A stretch of 64,000 nt of DNA, taken from the NCBI GenBank assembly GCA_002346475.1, contig DDZV01000022.1, positions 7,175 to 71,174 on the forward strand, read 5' to 3'. The notes beneath the pieces were generated by a model. That model made no database searches and was not told where the DNA came from. It was given only the letters and a program-made list of their open reading frames with translations. The DNA is from Acidobacteria bacterium UBA2999. Its GTDB lineage: Bacteria; Acidobacteriota; Vicinamibacteria; Vicinamibacterales; UBA2999. Below are positions 1-9,577 of this stretch, piece after piece (within the stretch, counting starts at the first letter, position 1; every line of letters begins with the position of its first letter). A program made the translations under genes and the position numbers.

Positions 1-1029
1 TTGAACAGCATGAAGATCCCATTTTTCAAAAATCTGTTCAATTTCTTCTTCGTGTCCTTCCTTAACAACCAATAGCATCCGTTCTTGCGACTCTGACAGC
101 ATGATTTCGTAGGGTGTCATGCCTGTCTCGCGTTGTGGAACAAGTGACACATCAATCTCAATCCCCACATCTCCACGTGAACCCATCTCGCAAGTTGAAC
201 AGGTTAGACCAGCTGCACCCATATCCTGAATGCCAACAAGAGCATTCGTTTTCATAGCTTCGAGACAAGCTTCAAGAAGTAATTTTTCCATGAATGGGTC
301 GCCCACTTGGACTGCGGGTCGCTTCTCTGCTGAGCTCTCATCAAACTCTGCCGACGCCATCGTGGCACCATGAATGCCATCCCTACCTGTTTTTGCTCCT
401 ACGTAGTAAACCGGATTTCCAGCACCTGAGGCAGCAGCTTTAATAATCTCGTCCGCCTTTGCAATGCCGAGACAGAAAACGTTTACAAGCGGGTTTCCAG
501 CATAACTTTTATCAAATCCGACTTCGCCCCCGACTGTTGGAATGCCGATGCTGTTCCCGTAGCCACCAATACCAGCTACAACTCCAGCAAACAACCGTCG
601 CACCTGTGAATTTTTAAGTAGCCCAAACCTAAGGGAGTTCAACAAGGCTATGGGACGAGCACCCATCGTAAAAATATCCCTGATAATCCCGCCTACACCG
701 GTGGCGGCTCCTTGGTAAGGTTCGATAAATGAAGGATGGTTATGTGATTCAATTTTAAAAACAGCTGCCAAGCCATCTCCGATATCAACAGCACCAGCAT
801 TCTCGCCAGGTCCCTGTAAAACACGAGGGCCGCTGGTTGGCAGTGTCTGTAGATGAACCCTTGAGCTTTTATAACTACAGTGTTCAGACCACATCACAGA
901 AAAAATGCCAAGTTCTGTTAGAGTGGGCACGTGACCGAGCATCTTGATAATTTGCTGGTATTCCTCACGCGTCAAACCATGCCGTTTAATGAGAGCATCG
1001 TCGGCTAGAACTGTTTTATTTGAGCTCAT
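1..1029 (-). CDS. purL: Phosphoribosylformylglycinamidine synthase subunit PurL (N-terminal part; gene runs off the window start)
   Basis: Absent from the ORF track because it is truncated. Manual reverse-strand translation from the ATG at 1029..1027 gives [64 protein letters not shown]..., a canonical small-PurL N-terminus. The ATG overlaps the purQ stop (ATGA), completing purS-purQ-purL. Confidence 0.9.
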   Translation of the reverse strand, partial: MSSNKTVLADDALIKRHGLTREEYQQIIKMLGHVPTLTELGIFSVMWSEHCSYKSSRVHLQTLPTSGPRVLQGPGENAGAVDIGDGLAAVFKIESHNHPSFIEPYQGAATGVGGIIRDIFTMGARPIALLNSLRFGLLKNSQVRRLFAGVVAGIGGYGNSIGIPTVGGEVGFDKSYAGNPLVNVFCLGIAKADEIIKAAASGAGNPVYYVGAKTGRDGIHGATMASAEFDESSAEKRPAVQVGDPFMEKLLLEACLEAMKTNALVGIQDMGAAGLTCSTCEMGSRGDVGIEIDVSLVPQRETGMTPYEIMLSESQERMLLVVKEGHEEEIEQIFEKWDLHAVQ

Positions 1030-1760
1030 CTTCCTAGGAGGGGTTCTATAGGCCCAGAATCCTGGAGCCCGTTTATCACTGCTTGCACGACCGACTTAAA
1101 TATCACAAGCCCCTCGGCACTTCCCACAACATCCTCACAACTACGCTCTGGGTGTGGCATGAGACCAACTACATTTCGAGTGACATTACATAAGCCTGCA
1201 ATTGCATTTACCGATCCATTAGGGTTGGCCTCTGACATAACAATCCCTGCTGGCGTGGTATACCTAAAAAGCACCTGCCGATTGGCTTCAAGGCGCTCCA
1301 CGACTTCAGGTTCAGCGTAGTAGTTACCCTCCCCGTGAGCAATAGGTATGCGTAACACCTGAGCTTGTTGACAAGCTACTGTGAATGGTGTGTCCACTTG
1401 CTCAACCCGAATAAATACTTGTTCGCACTGGAATTTAAGACTTCTATTTCTAAGCATCGCACCAGGCAATAATCCAGCTTCCAGTAATATCTGAAACCCA
1501 TTACAAATACCGATTACAGGGCGACCAGCTTCAGCAAACCGCTTAACTTCAGTCATGATTGGTGAAAAGCATGCAATGGACCCCGTGCGGAGATAATCAC
1601 CATGAGCAAACCCACCCGGAAGGACCACAGCGTCTGCCCCATGTAGGCTGGTGTCCTTATGCCAAATGAGTTCAGCCTCCATACCAAGAACATTCTTTAC
1701 AGCGTAATATGTATCGTGATCGCAGTTAGAACCTGGGAAAACAACAATCGCAAATTTCAC
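1026..1760 (-). CDS. purQ: Phosphoribosylformylglycinamidine synthase, glutamine amidotransferase subunit PurQ
   Basis: 244 aa. [16 protein letters not shown] start, nucleophile motif GICNGFQ and MPHPER His motif. 4-nt overlaps with purS and purL. Confidence 0.95.
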   Translation of the reverse strand: MKFAIVVFPGSNCDHDTYYAVKNVLGMEAELIWHKDTSLHGADAVVLPGGFAHGDYLRTGSIACFSPIMTEVKRFAEAGRPVIGICNGFQILLEAGLLPGAMLRNRSLKFQCEQVFIRVEQVDTPFTVACQQAQVLRIPIAHGEGNYYAEPEVVERLEANRQVLFRYTTPAGIVMSEANPNGSVNAIAGLCNVTRNVVGLMPHPERSCEDVVGSAEGLVIFKSVVQAVINGLQDSGPIEPLLGR

Positions 1761-2011
1761 GAAGTGACTCCCGTGCCAACCTCAATCCGGTAACTTTCTA
1801 TTACCGGATTTGCCAGGAGCTTGTCAGATACCTCTGAAGCAATCTTACGAGTTTCATCTTCCGTAGCTGCGTCAATCTCAAGCTCAAAATATTTCCCCTG
1901 ACGAACACCGCTGACCATCTGATAACCGAGTGTGTGTAATGCTTCGGCGACGGTTGTTCCCTGGGGATCAAAAACTGAAGACTTTAACGTAACGTATACG
2001 CGCGCACGCAT
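1757..2011 (-). CDS. purS: Phosphoribosylformylglycinamidine synthase subunit PurS
   Basis: 84 aa. Size, sequence (VYVTLKSSVFDPQG...) and position between purB and purQ are typical of PurS. Confidence 0.9.
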   Translation of the reverse strand: MRARVYVTLKSSVFDPQGTTVAEALHTLGYQMVSGVRQGKYFELEIDAATEDETRKIASEVSDKLLANPVIESYRIEVGTGVTS

Positions 2012-2076
2012 TCAGATTGCTACCTCCTACTGCAACACTGATTTAATTGGACTTCGTCTCACTTGAAACGAAGTTT

Positions 2077-3387
2077 TTAATCATCAAGCTTCTCTCCACG
2101 GAACGCTCGTTCAAGAATATCGTCAACATGGCGAAGGTGCTGGTCAAGATCGAAAGCACGTTCAAGATCTGCTGGCGGCAAAACTTTTGCAACCTCTGAG
2201 TCAGCAAGTAATAGTGTCTTAAAGTCCTTGTGTTCGTGGAATGAGCGCATCGCATTTTTCTGAACTAATTCGTAAGCTTGCTCACGAGATAGGCCACGGC
2301 GAGCAAGCTCAAGTAGAACTGTACCCGAAAAAACTACGCCTCGAGAACGCTCAAGGTTTTCCCTCATACGATCTGGATAAACAACCATCCCACCTACAAT
2401 ATGGGTAAAACGTCGCAACATATGGTCAAGTGCAATAAAAGTGTCCGGAAGAATTACGCGCTCAACTGAAGAATGTGAAATGTCACGCTCGTGCCAAAGA
2501 GCATTGTTTTCTATAGCCGCCATAGCGTTTGCTCGAAGCAATCTAGCTAATCCAACAATTTGCTCACAACCAATCGGGTTCCGCTTATGCGGCATAGCCG
2601 ACGATCCCTTTTGACCTTTTGCAAATGGCTCTTCGACTTCGCCGATTTCCGTCTTCTGTAAGCCTCGGATCTCAAGCGCAAATTTCTCAAGTGATGATGC
2701 TGTAACAGCAAGTGCCCACACTAATTCTGCATGACGATCGCGTTGAATAACCTGAGAGGCAACTAGTGCTGGCTGAAGTTCTAGCCGACGGCAAACATCC
2801 GCCTCAATCGAAGGTGGAATGTGTGAAAAAACCCCAACTGCCCCAGAAAGCTTGCCAACTGCCACAGCCTCCCGCGCGCGGCGGATCCGAGTAATATTCC
2901 GATTTAGTTCCGCGTACCAAAGAGACAGCTTCACGCCAAACGTCATAGGCTCGGCATGAACACCGTGGGTTCGCCCTATCATCGGAGTTCGACGATGCTC
3001 TTCAGCTCGCCGTCGCACAACAAGTATCGCGCGATTCAGGCCAGTTAAAATTAGATCGCAAGCCTCACGCATTTGCAAAGCCTGGGCTGTATCAATAACG
3101 TCTGATGAAGTCAGTCCAAAATGTAACCAACGCGCTGACGGGCCCACTTGCTCTGCCACAGCCGTAGTAAAAGCAATAACGTCATGTTGTGTGGTCTTTT
3201 CAATCTCTTCAATGCGATCAATGCTGAAAGTTGCTCGATCGCGTAACTCCTTCGCCGCTTCTGGCGGGACAATGCCTGCACTAGCCATGGCGTCTGTAGC
3301 CGCAAGTTCAACCTGCAACCAAGTTTCGTAACGCCGTTGATCACTCCAAATGTGACCCATCTCTTGATGTGTATATCGTTTAATCAT
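2077..3387 (-). CDS. purB: Adenylosuccinate lyase
   Basis: 436 aa. Fumarate-lyase superfamily signature GSSAMPHKRNP, PurB-type N-terminus and pur operon context. Confidence 0.95.
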   Translation of the reverse strand: MIKRYTHQEMGHIWSDQRRYETWLQVELAATDAMASAGIVPPEAAKELRDRATFSIDRIEEIEKTTQHDVIAFTTAVAEQVGPSARWLHFGLTSSDVIDTAQALQMREACDLILTGLNRAILVVRRRAEEHRRTPMIGRTHGVHAEPMTFGVKLSLWYAELNRNITRIRRAREAVAVGKLSGAVGVFSHIPPSIEADVCRRLELQPALVASQVIQRDRHAELVWALAVTASSLEKFALEIRGLQKTEIGEVEEPFAKGQKGSSAMPHKRNPIGCEQIVGLARLLRANAMAAIENNALWHERDISHSSVERVILPDTFIALDHMLRRFTHIVGGMVVYPDRMRENLERSRGVVFSGTVLLELARRGLSREQAYELVQKNAMRSFHEHKDFKTLLLADSEVAKVLPPADLERAFDLDQHLRHVDDILERAFRGEKLDD

Positions 3388-3388
3388 C

Positions 3389-4648
3389 TCAGCCTAAGAA
3401 TAGCCGTTCGCGGGGTATTTCCAGTCCGTTGACAGCGCCAACTACCGTCACCGCTAGCTTATCCTCCCTGAAAAGTTGCGAAGCAACACGCTGAACATCC
3501 CCATTAGTAACACGGTCTACGCCGGCTAGCGTATCGTCAAGCCCAAATTGTCGATCAAAATAGATTTCTTGGCGTACTAGATGTGACATGCGACTTGATG
3601 TGCTCTCAAGACCCAGCATCAAACTTCCCTTAAGATGATCCTTTGCTCGCTTAAGTTCAGTTTTCGACGGTGGGTCAGTCTTTAATTGACGCAATTCTGC
3701 AACAACCAAATCAATAAGTTCACCAACTACTTTGTTTCCGCAACCGGCATATATAGTTGCCAAACCTGCGTCACGATAAGCACTTAAGCCACTATAAACC
3801 GAGTACGCCAAGCCACGTTTTTCTCGCACATTTTGAAATAGACGCGAACTCATAGAACCACCAAGCACCGTATTTAACACGTAGCTCGCATAACGATCCT
3901 CATGATCTTGTTGATAAGCATCTGTCCCAAGGCAAACGTGACTCTGTTCTAGGTCCTTACTACGAATAATCACACGTGGGAAAGTCTCAGGAGGTGTCTC
4001 ATCTGGTACATCCCCAGAAACCGGAAGATCCTCAAAAAAATGCTCTACTAAGTCGCGCACATGAGCATGCTCAATATTCCCTACAGCCGCTAAGATCAGG
4101 TTACGTCCTGCATACATGCTTTGGAAATAGGTACGTAAATTTTCAACGTTAAATTGATTCACCGTCTCTGGGGTGCCAAGAATTGGCCGCCCTAAAGGAT
4201 GTCCTGCCCAGAAGTGCTCATTAAATAATTCGTACACCAGATCGTCAGGCGTATCCTCCACCATTTTTATTTCTTCCAGGACCACTTTCTTTTCGCGTTC
4301 GATATCATTAACTCGAAAAGCTGGATGTCTTACAATGTCAGTCAACACATCCATAGCAAGCGGTAAATGCTCATCGAGTACTTTCAGATAGTAGCTAGCG
4401 TACTCTTTAGCCGTAAAAGCATCCATTTGGCCACCAATCGAGTCGATAGCTTGCGCAATATCTTCTGCATTGCGCGTTAAAGTACCTTTAAAAAGCATGT
4501 GTTCGACAAAATGCGCAATCCCTGCATGCTCATTAGGCTCGTGGCGAGAACCAAGTGCCAGCCATACACCAATACTGACCGAACGAACATGGGGCACGCG
4601 TTCGGTGAGGAGACGAAGACCGTTAGGAAGCACATCTCGAACAATCAC
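3389..4648 (-). CDS. M16-family (pitrilysin/insulinase-like) zinc peptidase
   Basis: 419 aa. Inverted zinc motif HFVEHMLFKGT (HxxEH). Two-domain M16 length. Its stop lies 1 nt from the purB start. Confidence 0.85.
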   Translation of the reverse strand: MIVRDVLPNGLRLLTERVPHVRSVSIGVWLALGSRHEPNEHAGIAHFVEHMLFKGTLTRNAEDIAQAIDSIGGQMDAFTAKEYASYYLKVLDEHLPLAMDVLTDIVRHPAFRVNDIEREKKVVLEEIKMVEDTPDDLVYELFNEHFWAGHPLGRPILGTPETVNQFNVENLRTYFQSMYAGRNLILAAVGNIEHAHVRDLVEHFFEDLPVSGDVPDETPPETFPRVIIRSKDLEQSHVCLGTDAYQQDHEDRYASYVLNTVLGGSMSSRLFQNVREKRGLAYSVYSGLSAYRDAGLATIYAGCGNKVVGELIDLVVAELRQLKTDPPSKTELKRAKDHLKGSLMLGLESTSSRMSHLVRQEIYFDRQFGLDDTLAGVDRVTNGDVQRVASQLFREDKLAVTVVGAVNGLEIPRERLFLG

Positions 4649-4868
4649 AGGCTAAATACCAATAGCGCTGGAATCCGTGGTCTTAGACAGTATCGCGGCT
4701 GTTGATTCAGAGGGTCCCTATAGCGCTTCAAATCGTTGAAAAGAAAGGCTGTTAGAAGAACACTTTCATTATAGCATGCAGGTGCACTTAGCTGCTATCG
4801 GTAAACCATTCTCCACCTTCCAGTGCACGAAAACACTGTCCAGCTTACTGGTAAAATCAACTGCTCAC

Positions 4869-5975
4869 ATGTTACAGAAAAAACAAGAGAGAACAACAAA
4901 CCCCCCTTTTTTAGATCTGGCTGAATTCGAACTTGAGGAACTTGAAGACACCCTTGAATCACACGGTACCAAACGCTTTCACGCTCGTCAGGTCTACCGA
5001 TGGATCTACCACAGAGGAATCACAGACCCCTTACAGATGACTGACCTGTCGAAGTCCCTTCGTGAACTGCTGCACTCAGAATTCAGGATAACAACCCCGC
5101 ACGTGGAAACGGAAAGCTCCTCAAGAGACGGAACGCGGAAATTTCTAATTAAACTGGGTGACAATCAGCATATTGAAGCAGTCTTTATCCCAGATACCCC
5201 CGCGATGACCTTCTGCATTTCGACCCAGGTAGGTTGTGCCATGGCATGTGGTTTTTGTTTAACGGGAAAGATGGGCTTAGCAAGAAACCTCACCGCTGGT
5301 GAAATTGTAGGACAGGTCCGTTTACTTGCTACTAAGACGAAGCTTTTAAACCGCTCCTTTAACATCGTTCTTATGGGTATGGGCGAACCACTACACAACT
5401 ACGACGCAACGATGAAAGCTCTCAGAATCTTGCACTCAAAGCACGGACTGGCTATTTCCCCACGCCGGATCACTTTATCCACCGTTGGTATCGTGCCAGG
5501 CTTAAAGCGCTTGCTGGACGAACCATTAATGCCAAACCTTGCAATTTCGCTCCATGCCACCACAGACGCGCAAAGAACAAAACTCATACCACCAGGTCGT
5601 AAATATTCCCTCAGCGATATTCTGGAAGTCTGTCGCCAATTTCCACTAACGAAGCGCAACCGTATCACTTTTGAATATGTACTACTTGCTGGAGTAAATG
5701 ACACTGCAGAAGATGCTTATCGACTTGTGCAACTGCTGTCAGGTATCAAAGCAAAAGTAAACTTAATACCTTTAAACCCAGCACCCGGTATCCCTTTTAA
5801 CCGTCCGTCTGACCTAAGCATCAATCAATTTGCAAAGATCCTCGCAAAACGCCATCTAACAATCTCCGTTAGAAAAAGTCGCGGCCAAGATATCAATGCT
5901 GCCTGTGGTCAACTTATTGTAGAAGGGGACCCAAAAAAATCGGCTGGACAGAAAATTTCCTCACTAATGCAATAG
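4869..5975 (+). CDS. rlmN: 23S rRNA/tRNA adenine-C2 methyltransferase RlmN (radical SAM)
   Basis: Radical-SAM CAMACGFC (CxxxCxxC), MGMGEPL and C-terminal ACGQL Cys. The ORF opens at 4776, but RlmN-like sequence begins near the ATG at 4869 (MLQKKQ...). Start uncertain. Confidence 0.88.
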   Translation: MLQKKQERTTNPPFLDLAEFELEELEDTLESHGTKRFHARQVYRWIYHRGITDPLQMTDLSKSLRELLHSEFRITTPHVETESSSRDGTRKFLIKLGDNQHIEAVFIPDTPAMTFCISTQVGCAMACGFCLTGKMGLARNLTAGEIVGQVRLLATKTKLLNRSFNIVLMGMGEPLHNYDATMKALRILHSKHGLAISPRRITLSTVGIVPGLKRLLDEPLMPNLAISLHATTDAQRTKLIPPGRKYSLSDILEVCRQFPLTKRNRITFEYVLLAGVNDTAEDAYRLVQLLSGIKAKVNLIPLNPAPGIPFNRPSDLSINQFAKILAKRHLTISVRKSRGQDINAACGQLIVEGDPKKSAGQKISSLMQ

Positions 5976-6044
5976 CTTGTTGTCATTCAATACAACAGCA
6001 CTAAGCTTTAGTAAGACTGTCTAGTCTGAAAGGTTCTGTGCAGG

Positions 6045-7304
6045 TTAAGCTTCGTGTAATGCACCAGCCTTGCCAGCAATGGTGATCCCGGCCCATTCAT
6101 TACGAGATCTTAGTTTGTTTAATTTAACTTTGAGATAGTTATCCGTTACCGCACGAGAACCGTCGGCCAGAGTTAATGCACGACGGGTTTTCCCGATCTG
6201 ACCCTCTTGAAACTGACGAGTTAGACGTTCTCCTACCTCCCGGACAATTCTCCCACGGGATCGAATATCTACGCCCTTCACTTTGTCTGGAAGCTGCGTT
6301 GCAACTGTTCCTGGTCTATCTGAATACGGAAATACATGAACGTGGCTCAAAGGAAGCGACTCTAGCAATGCAACAGTTTGAGAGAAATGATTAGCATTCT
6401 CGCCTGGAAAGCCAACAATTATGTCTGTTCCAATTGATGCGTCAGGCATGTACTGGTGAATTTCCTCAATCAATTTTTTATAGAAAGATGTTGAATAAGG
6501 TCGTTGCATAGCACGAAGCAACTGATCACAACCGTGCTGTAGTGGCAAGTGGAAATGTGGAGCTAATCTGTGTGACTCTGCCACTAATCTTACAATGTCA
6601 CTGGTACAATCCATTGGCTCCAGTGAACTTATTCGAAACAAAACGTTCTCTGGCCAGTCTGCTAGAACCCGAAGGAGGGTTAAGAGCGTCGTTCCATCCT
6701 GGAGATCGTGACCATACGAACCTAGATGTACTCCAGTGAGAACTATCTCTTTGTACCCAGCATCGACGCCCCTTTTTACCTGGTCTAAAACACGAGAGAG
6801 CACTAAGCTTTGTCCCCGACCTCGGGTCTGCGGAATGATGCAGTAACTACAAACCTCGTTACAACCCGTTTGAACACGAAGAGTCAATGCAGTACGCCCA
6901 CCAACGCCTGGCTGAAGCGTGGCTCCGCACGCACCTTCACCATTTCCATAGCGATCGGAAGTTGATTGTTCTATTTCCTTGTCAAGTAAATCCACAAACA
7001 CGGGTTTCGACTGATTATCGATAACACGAACAACGTTTGGTAAAGAGCTAACATCGTCTGGCCGGCGTGTGGCATAGCAACCAGTCGCAAAAACACGAAC
7101 ATTTGGATTGCTTCTCGTGACACGACGAATAGCTTGACGAGCTCCTTGATCGGCAGAGGCTGTTACAGAACAAGTGTTTACAATCAAGATGTCCGCTTCA
7201 TGAGCTCCTACATTCTCGGCACCACGAGCTCGCAGCGCATCTTCAATTTGGAGAGAATCCGCTTGATTGACCCTACAACCGAAAGTAACAATGGAAAACT
7301 TCAT
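6045..7304 (-). CDS. MiaB/MtaB-family tRNA methylthiotransferase (radical SAM)
   Basis: 419 aa. N-terminal Cys triad (FGCRVN, NTCSVT, TGCYA), radical-SAM CNEVCSYC and a TRAM-like C-terminus. The subfamily (MtaB vs MiaB) cannot be resolved by eye. Confidence 0.8.
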   Translation of the reverse strand: MKFSIVTFGCRVNQADSLQIEDALRARGAENVGAHEADILIVNTCSVTASADQGARQAIRRVTRSNPNVRVFATGCYATRRPDDVSSLPNVVRVIDNQSKPVFVDLLDKEIEQSTSDRYGNGEGACGATLQPGVGGRTALTLRVQTGCNEVCSYCIIPQTRGRGQSLVLSRVLDQVKRGVDAGYKEIVLTGVHLGSYGHDLQDGTTLLTLLRVLADWPENVLFRISSLEPMDCTSDIVRLVAESHRLAPHFHLPLQHGCDQLLRAMQRPYSTSFYKKLIEEIHQYMPDASIGTDIIVGFPGENANHFSQTVALLESLPLSHVHVFPYSDRPGTVATQLPDKVKGVDIRSRGRIVREVGERLTRQFQEGQIGKTRRALTLADGSRAVTDNYLKVKLNKLRSRNEWAGITIAGKAGALHEA

Positions 7305-7428
7305 CTCTATCCCTAAGGTACTGCTTCTATTAATCCAGTTTAATGTTTATAAAAGATTAGGCGCTTTGTAGCCACGCTTTGTAAAAAGAACGTCTTTTGC
7401 TCGTAACGCAAGTGTCGGAAACACCCTA

Positions 7429-8709
7429 TTAACAACTTGCTAGCGCTTTAGAACCAATGTCTCGACGATAGTGCATACCTTTAAAACGAACCAGATCAGT
7501 AGCACTGTAAGCTACGTCAATAGCATCACGATACGTTAATCCATGTCCTACTACAGTTAATATTCTTCCGCCATTGGTCACGATACGCCCATCTTTAGCA
7601 CCTGTGCCTGCATGGAAGAGCAATGCTCCTGGAACGGCACTTGCTTCATCAAGACCTTCTATTGGTATGCCTCGTTCATATACTCCTGGATAACCACTAG
7701 CAGCAAGCACTACACCTACATGCGGCTCTTGGTTTATGCGCGCTGGTCTCGAAGGAAGATGGCCGGTAGCTGCAGAAACAAGTAACGGTGAAAGGTCCTC
7801 GCTTAACATTGGGAATAGAACCTGTGCCTCTGGATCCCCAAAACGTACGTTAAATTCAACAACCTTTGGTCCAGACACTGTGAGCATTAGTCCAACATAT
7901 AAAAAGCCCTTGTAAGGGTAGCCCTCATCGTTCATTCCTGTAACTACAGGATAGACAATGTCGTTAAGAATTAACTGCTCAAGCTCTGACGAAACAAGTG
8001 GGCTTGGTGCAAAAGCTCCCATGCCACCTGTATTTGGTCCCTCATCTCCATCAAAAATTCTCTTGTGATCTTGAGCAGATCCCAATGGCATCACGTTTAC
8101 ACCATCAACAAGTACAAAGTACGAGACCTCTTTTCCGACAAGAAACTCTTCAAGCACTAAGAGTGAACCCGCTGAACCAAAGCGTTGCTCAACCATCGCA
8201 ACACGTATCGCAGATTCAGCTACATCACGATTCTCAGCAATTACTACGCCTTTCCCAGCAGCAAGACCATCTGCTTTAACAACAAGTGGATAACCAAGAG
8301 TATTATTTTCCACAGCATGCAGTGCTTGTTCTAGAGATGTGCAAAGTTTAAATCTGGCTGTAGCAATGCCATGTCTCGCCATAAATTCTTTGGCGAAAGC
8401 TTTGCTAGACTCGAGAGCGGCGGCCTCAGAAGTTGGACCAACAATTGTGTGTCCTTGCGATTGAAAAAGATTGGAAACACCACGGCTGAGAGGTAGCTCA
8501 GGTCCGACTACAGTGAGATCTACTTGCTCCTGCTTAGCAAGAGCTAACAGGGCTGCTGGATCCTCTATATTGACAGGCAAGCAACGAGCAATTGCCGCTG
8601 CACCGACATTCCCTGGAGCACAAATAACTTCACTGACATTTCGTTCACCAGCGAGTTTCCAAGCAATTACATGCTCTCGAGCACCGCCACCTATTATTAG
8701 AATTTTCAT
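7429..8709 (-). CDS. purD: Phosphoribosylamine-glycine ligase
   Basis: 426 aa. MKILIIGGGAREH start and ATP-grasp core, PurD-like throughout. Confidence 0.95.
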   Translation of the reverse strand: MKILIIGGGAREHVIAWKLAGERNVSEVICAPGNVGAAAIARCLPVNIEDPAALLALAKQEQVDLTVVGPELPLSRGVSNLFQSQGHTIVGPTSEAAALESSKAFAKEFMARHGIATARFKLCTSLEQALHAVENNTLGYPLVVKADGLAAGKGVVIAENRDVAESAIRVAMVEQRFGSAGSLLVLEEFLVGKEVSYFVLVDGVNVMPLGSAQDHKRIFDGDEGPNTGGMGAFAPSPLVSSELEQLILNDIVYPVVTGMNDEGYPYKGFLYVGLMLTVSGPKVVEFNVRFGDPEAQVLFPMLSEDLSPLLVSAATGHLPSRPARINQEPHVGVVLAASGYPGVYERGIPIEGLDEASAVPGALLFHAGTGAKDGRIVTNGGRILTVVGHGLTYRDAIDVAYSATDLVRFKGMHYRRDIGSKALASC

Positions 8710-8860
8710 TTAAATAGTTTCTAAGTAGTTGAAATAATAACAATTATGGCCTTTCTTTACGCCTAGAATCGGTCCTTGTTCATGATAGCCTAATGGGTCG
8801 CGGTATTTTGGCCGGCACCAATTATGGAGGCCACCAGACCAGTAAGGGGGTGTATATAGC

Positions 8861-9058
8861 GTGGCCGAAGTAAAAATTCAGGAAGGCGAATCGGTTGAAA
8901 GTGCTCTCCGCCGTTTTAAGCGAAAAGTTCAACAGGAAGACATTATTAAAGATATTAAGAAGCATTCCTTCTATCTAAAACCCGGTGACAAGCGGCGCGC
9001 AAAACAAGCGCTTGCCCGTAAACGGAATCGTAAAAAACTCCGACGAGAACTCGAGTAG
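8861..9058 (+). CDS. rpsU: 30S ribosomal protein bS21
   Basis: 65 aa, GTG start. AEVKIQEGESVESALRRFKRK...KKHSFYLKPGDKRR is a typical S21. AAGGGGG Shine-Dalgarno upstream. Confidence 0.9.
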   Translation: MAEVKIQEGESVESALRRFKRKVQQEDIIKDIKKHSFYLKPGDKRRAKQALARKRNRKKLRRELE

Positions 9059-9096
9059 CTGAAACGTAGGACACAGCGAACACAAGATGGCAACAG

Positions 9097-9387
9097 ATGG
9101 ATTTCCAAGATAAAAATCTCAATTGTATAGATTGTGGTGAGGAGTTTGTCTGGACCGCTGGAGAACAGCTCTTTTTTGCTGAAAAGCAATTCAAGAATGA
9201 GCCTAAGCGTTGCAAAGCATGTAAAGCAAACCGGACGAGCCGAGGTGGTTCGTCACGAGAGCGTATTGAAACTCATACCACCTGCTCAGAATGCGGTAAG
9301 GAAACCACAGTACCATTTCGTCCGACTCAAGGGCGCCCGGTATTTTGTAAGGAGTGCTTTCAGAAACGGAAGCTCACCGGGAACTAA
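9097..9387 (+). CDS. Double zinc-ribbon protein (N-terminal CxxC..CxxC ribbon plus C-terminal CxxC-x17-CxxC domain), function unknown
   Basis: 96 aa. CIDCGEEFVWTAGEQLFFAEKQFKNEPKRCKACK, then CSEC-(17 residues)-CKEC, matching the CxxC-x17-CxxC pattern exactly. Confidence 0.75.
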   Translation: MDFQDKNLNCIDCGEEFVWTAGEQLFFAEKQFKNEPKRCKACKANRTSRGGSSRERIETHTTCSECGKETTVPFRPTQGRPVFCKECFQKRKLTGN

Positions 9388-9577
9388 AAAGCCTAAAGCC
9401 TTCGTCTTGTGGTTAGTCGTCTCGTCGAGATTGCCTGTAATACGAAAAAATATACATACACGAGACACTCTTGAACATTATTTGATTTGTTAGCCAACTG
9501 TTAGCTTAGGGCCGACACTTGAACTAGCAGTTACTAAACAGTGAATACTTTACAAGCAATACTAAGGAAGATAACGG

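Noticed and set aside
2043-2255. 70-aa ORF overlapping the 3-prime end of purB
   Set aside because: It is an out-of-frame overlap with the clear purB CDS, with low-complexity composition.
4662-4727. Two copies of ATAGCGCT, 58 bp apart, in the divergent region between the pur operon and rlmN
   Set aside because: By rough estimate, one repeated 8-mer in a region of about 200 bp is expected by chance. It does not resemble known PurR/PurBox operators.
4776-4868. Upstream extension of the rlmN ORF
   Set aside because: The first 31 codons (MQVHLAAIGKPFSTFQCTK...) have no counterpart in RlmN proteins. The ATG at 4869 gives a normal N-terminus. The extension is kept only as an alternative start.
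9134-9493. 119-aa alternative-frame ORF overlapping the zinc-ribbon gene
   Set aside because: The +1-shifted frame has no motifs, whereas the 9097..9387 frame gives exact CxxC spacing.
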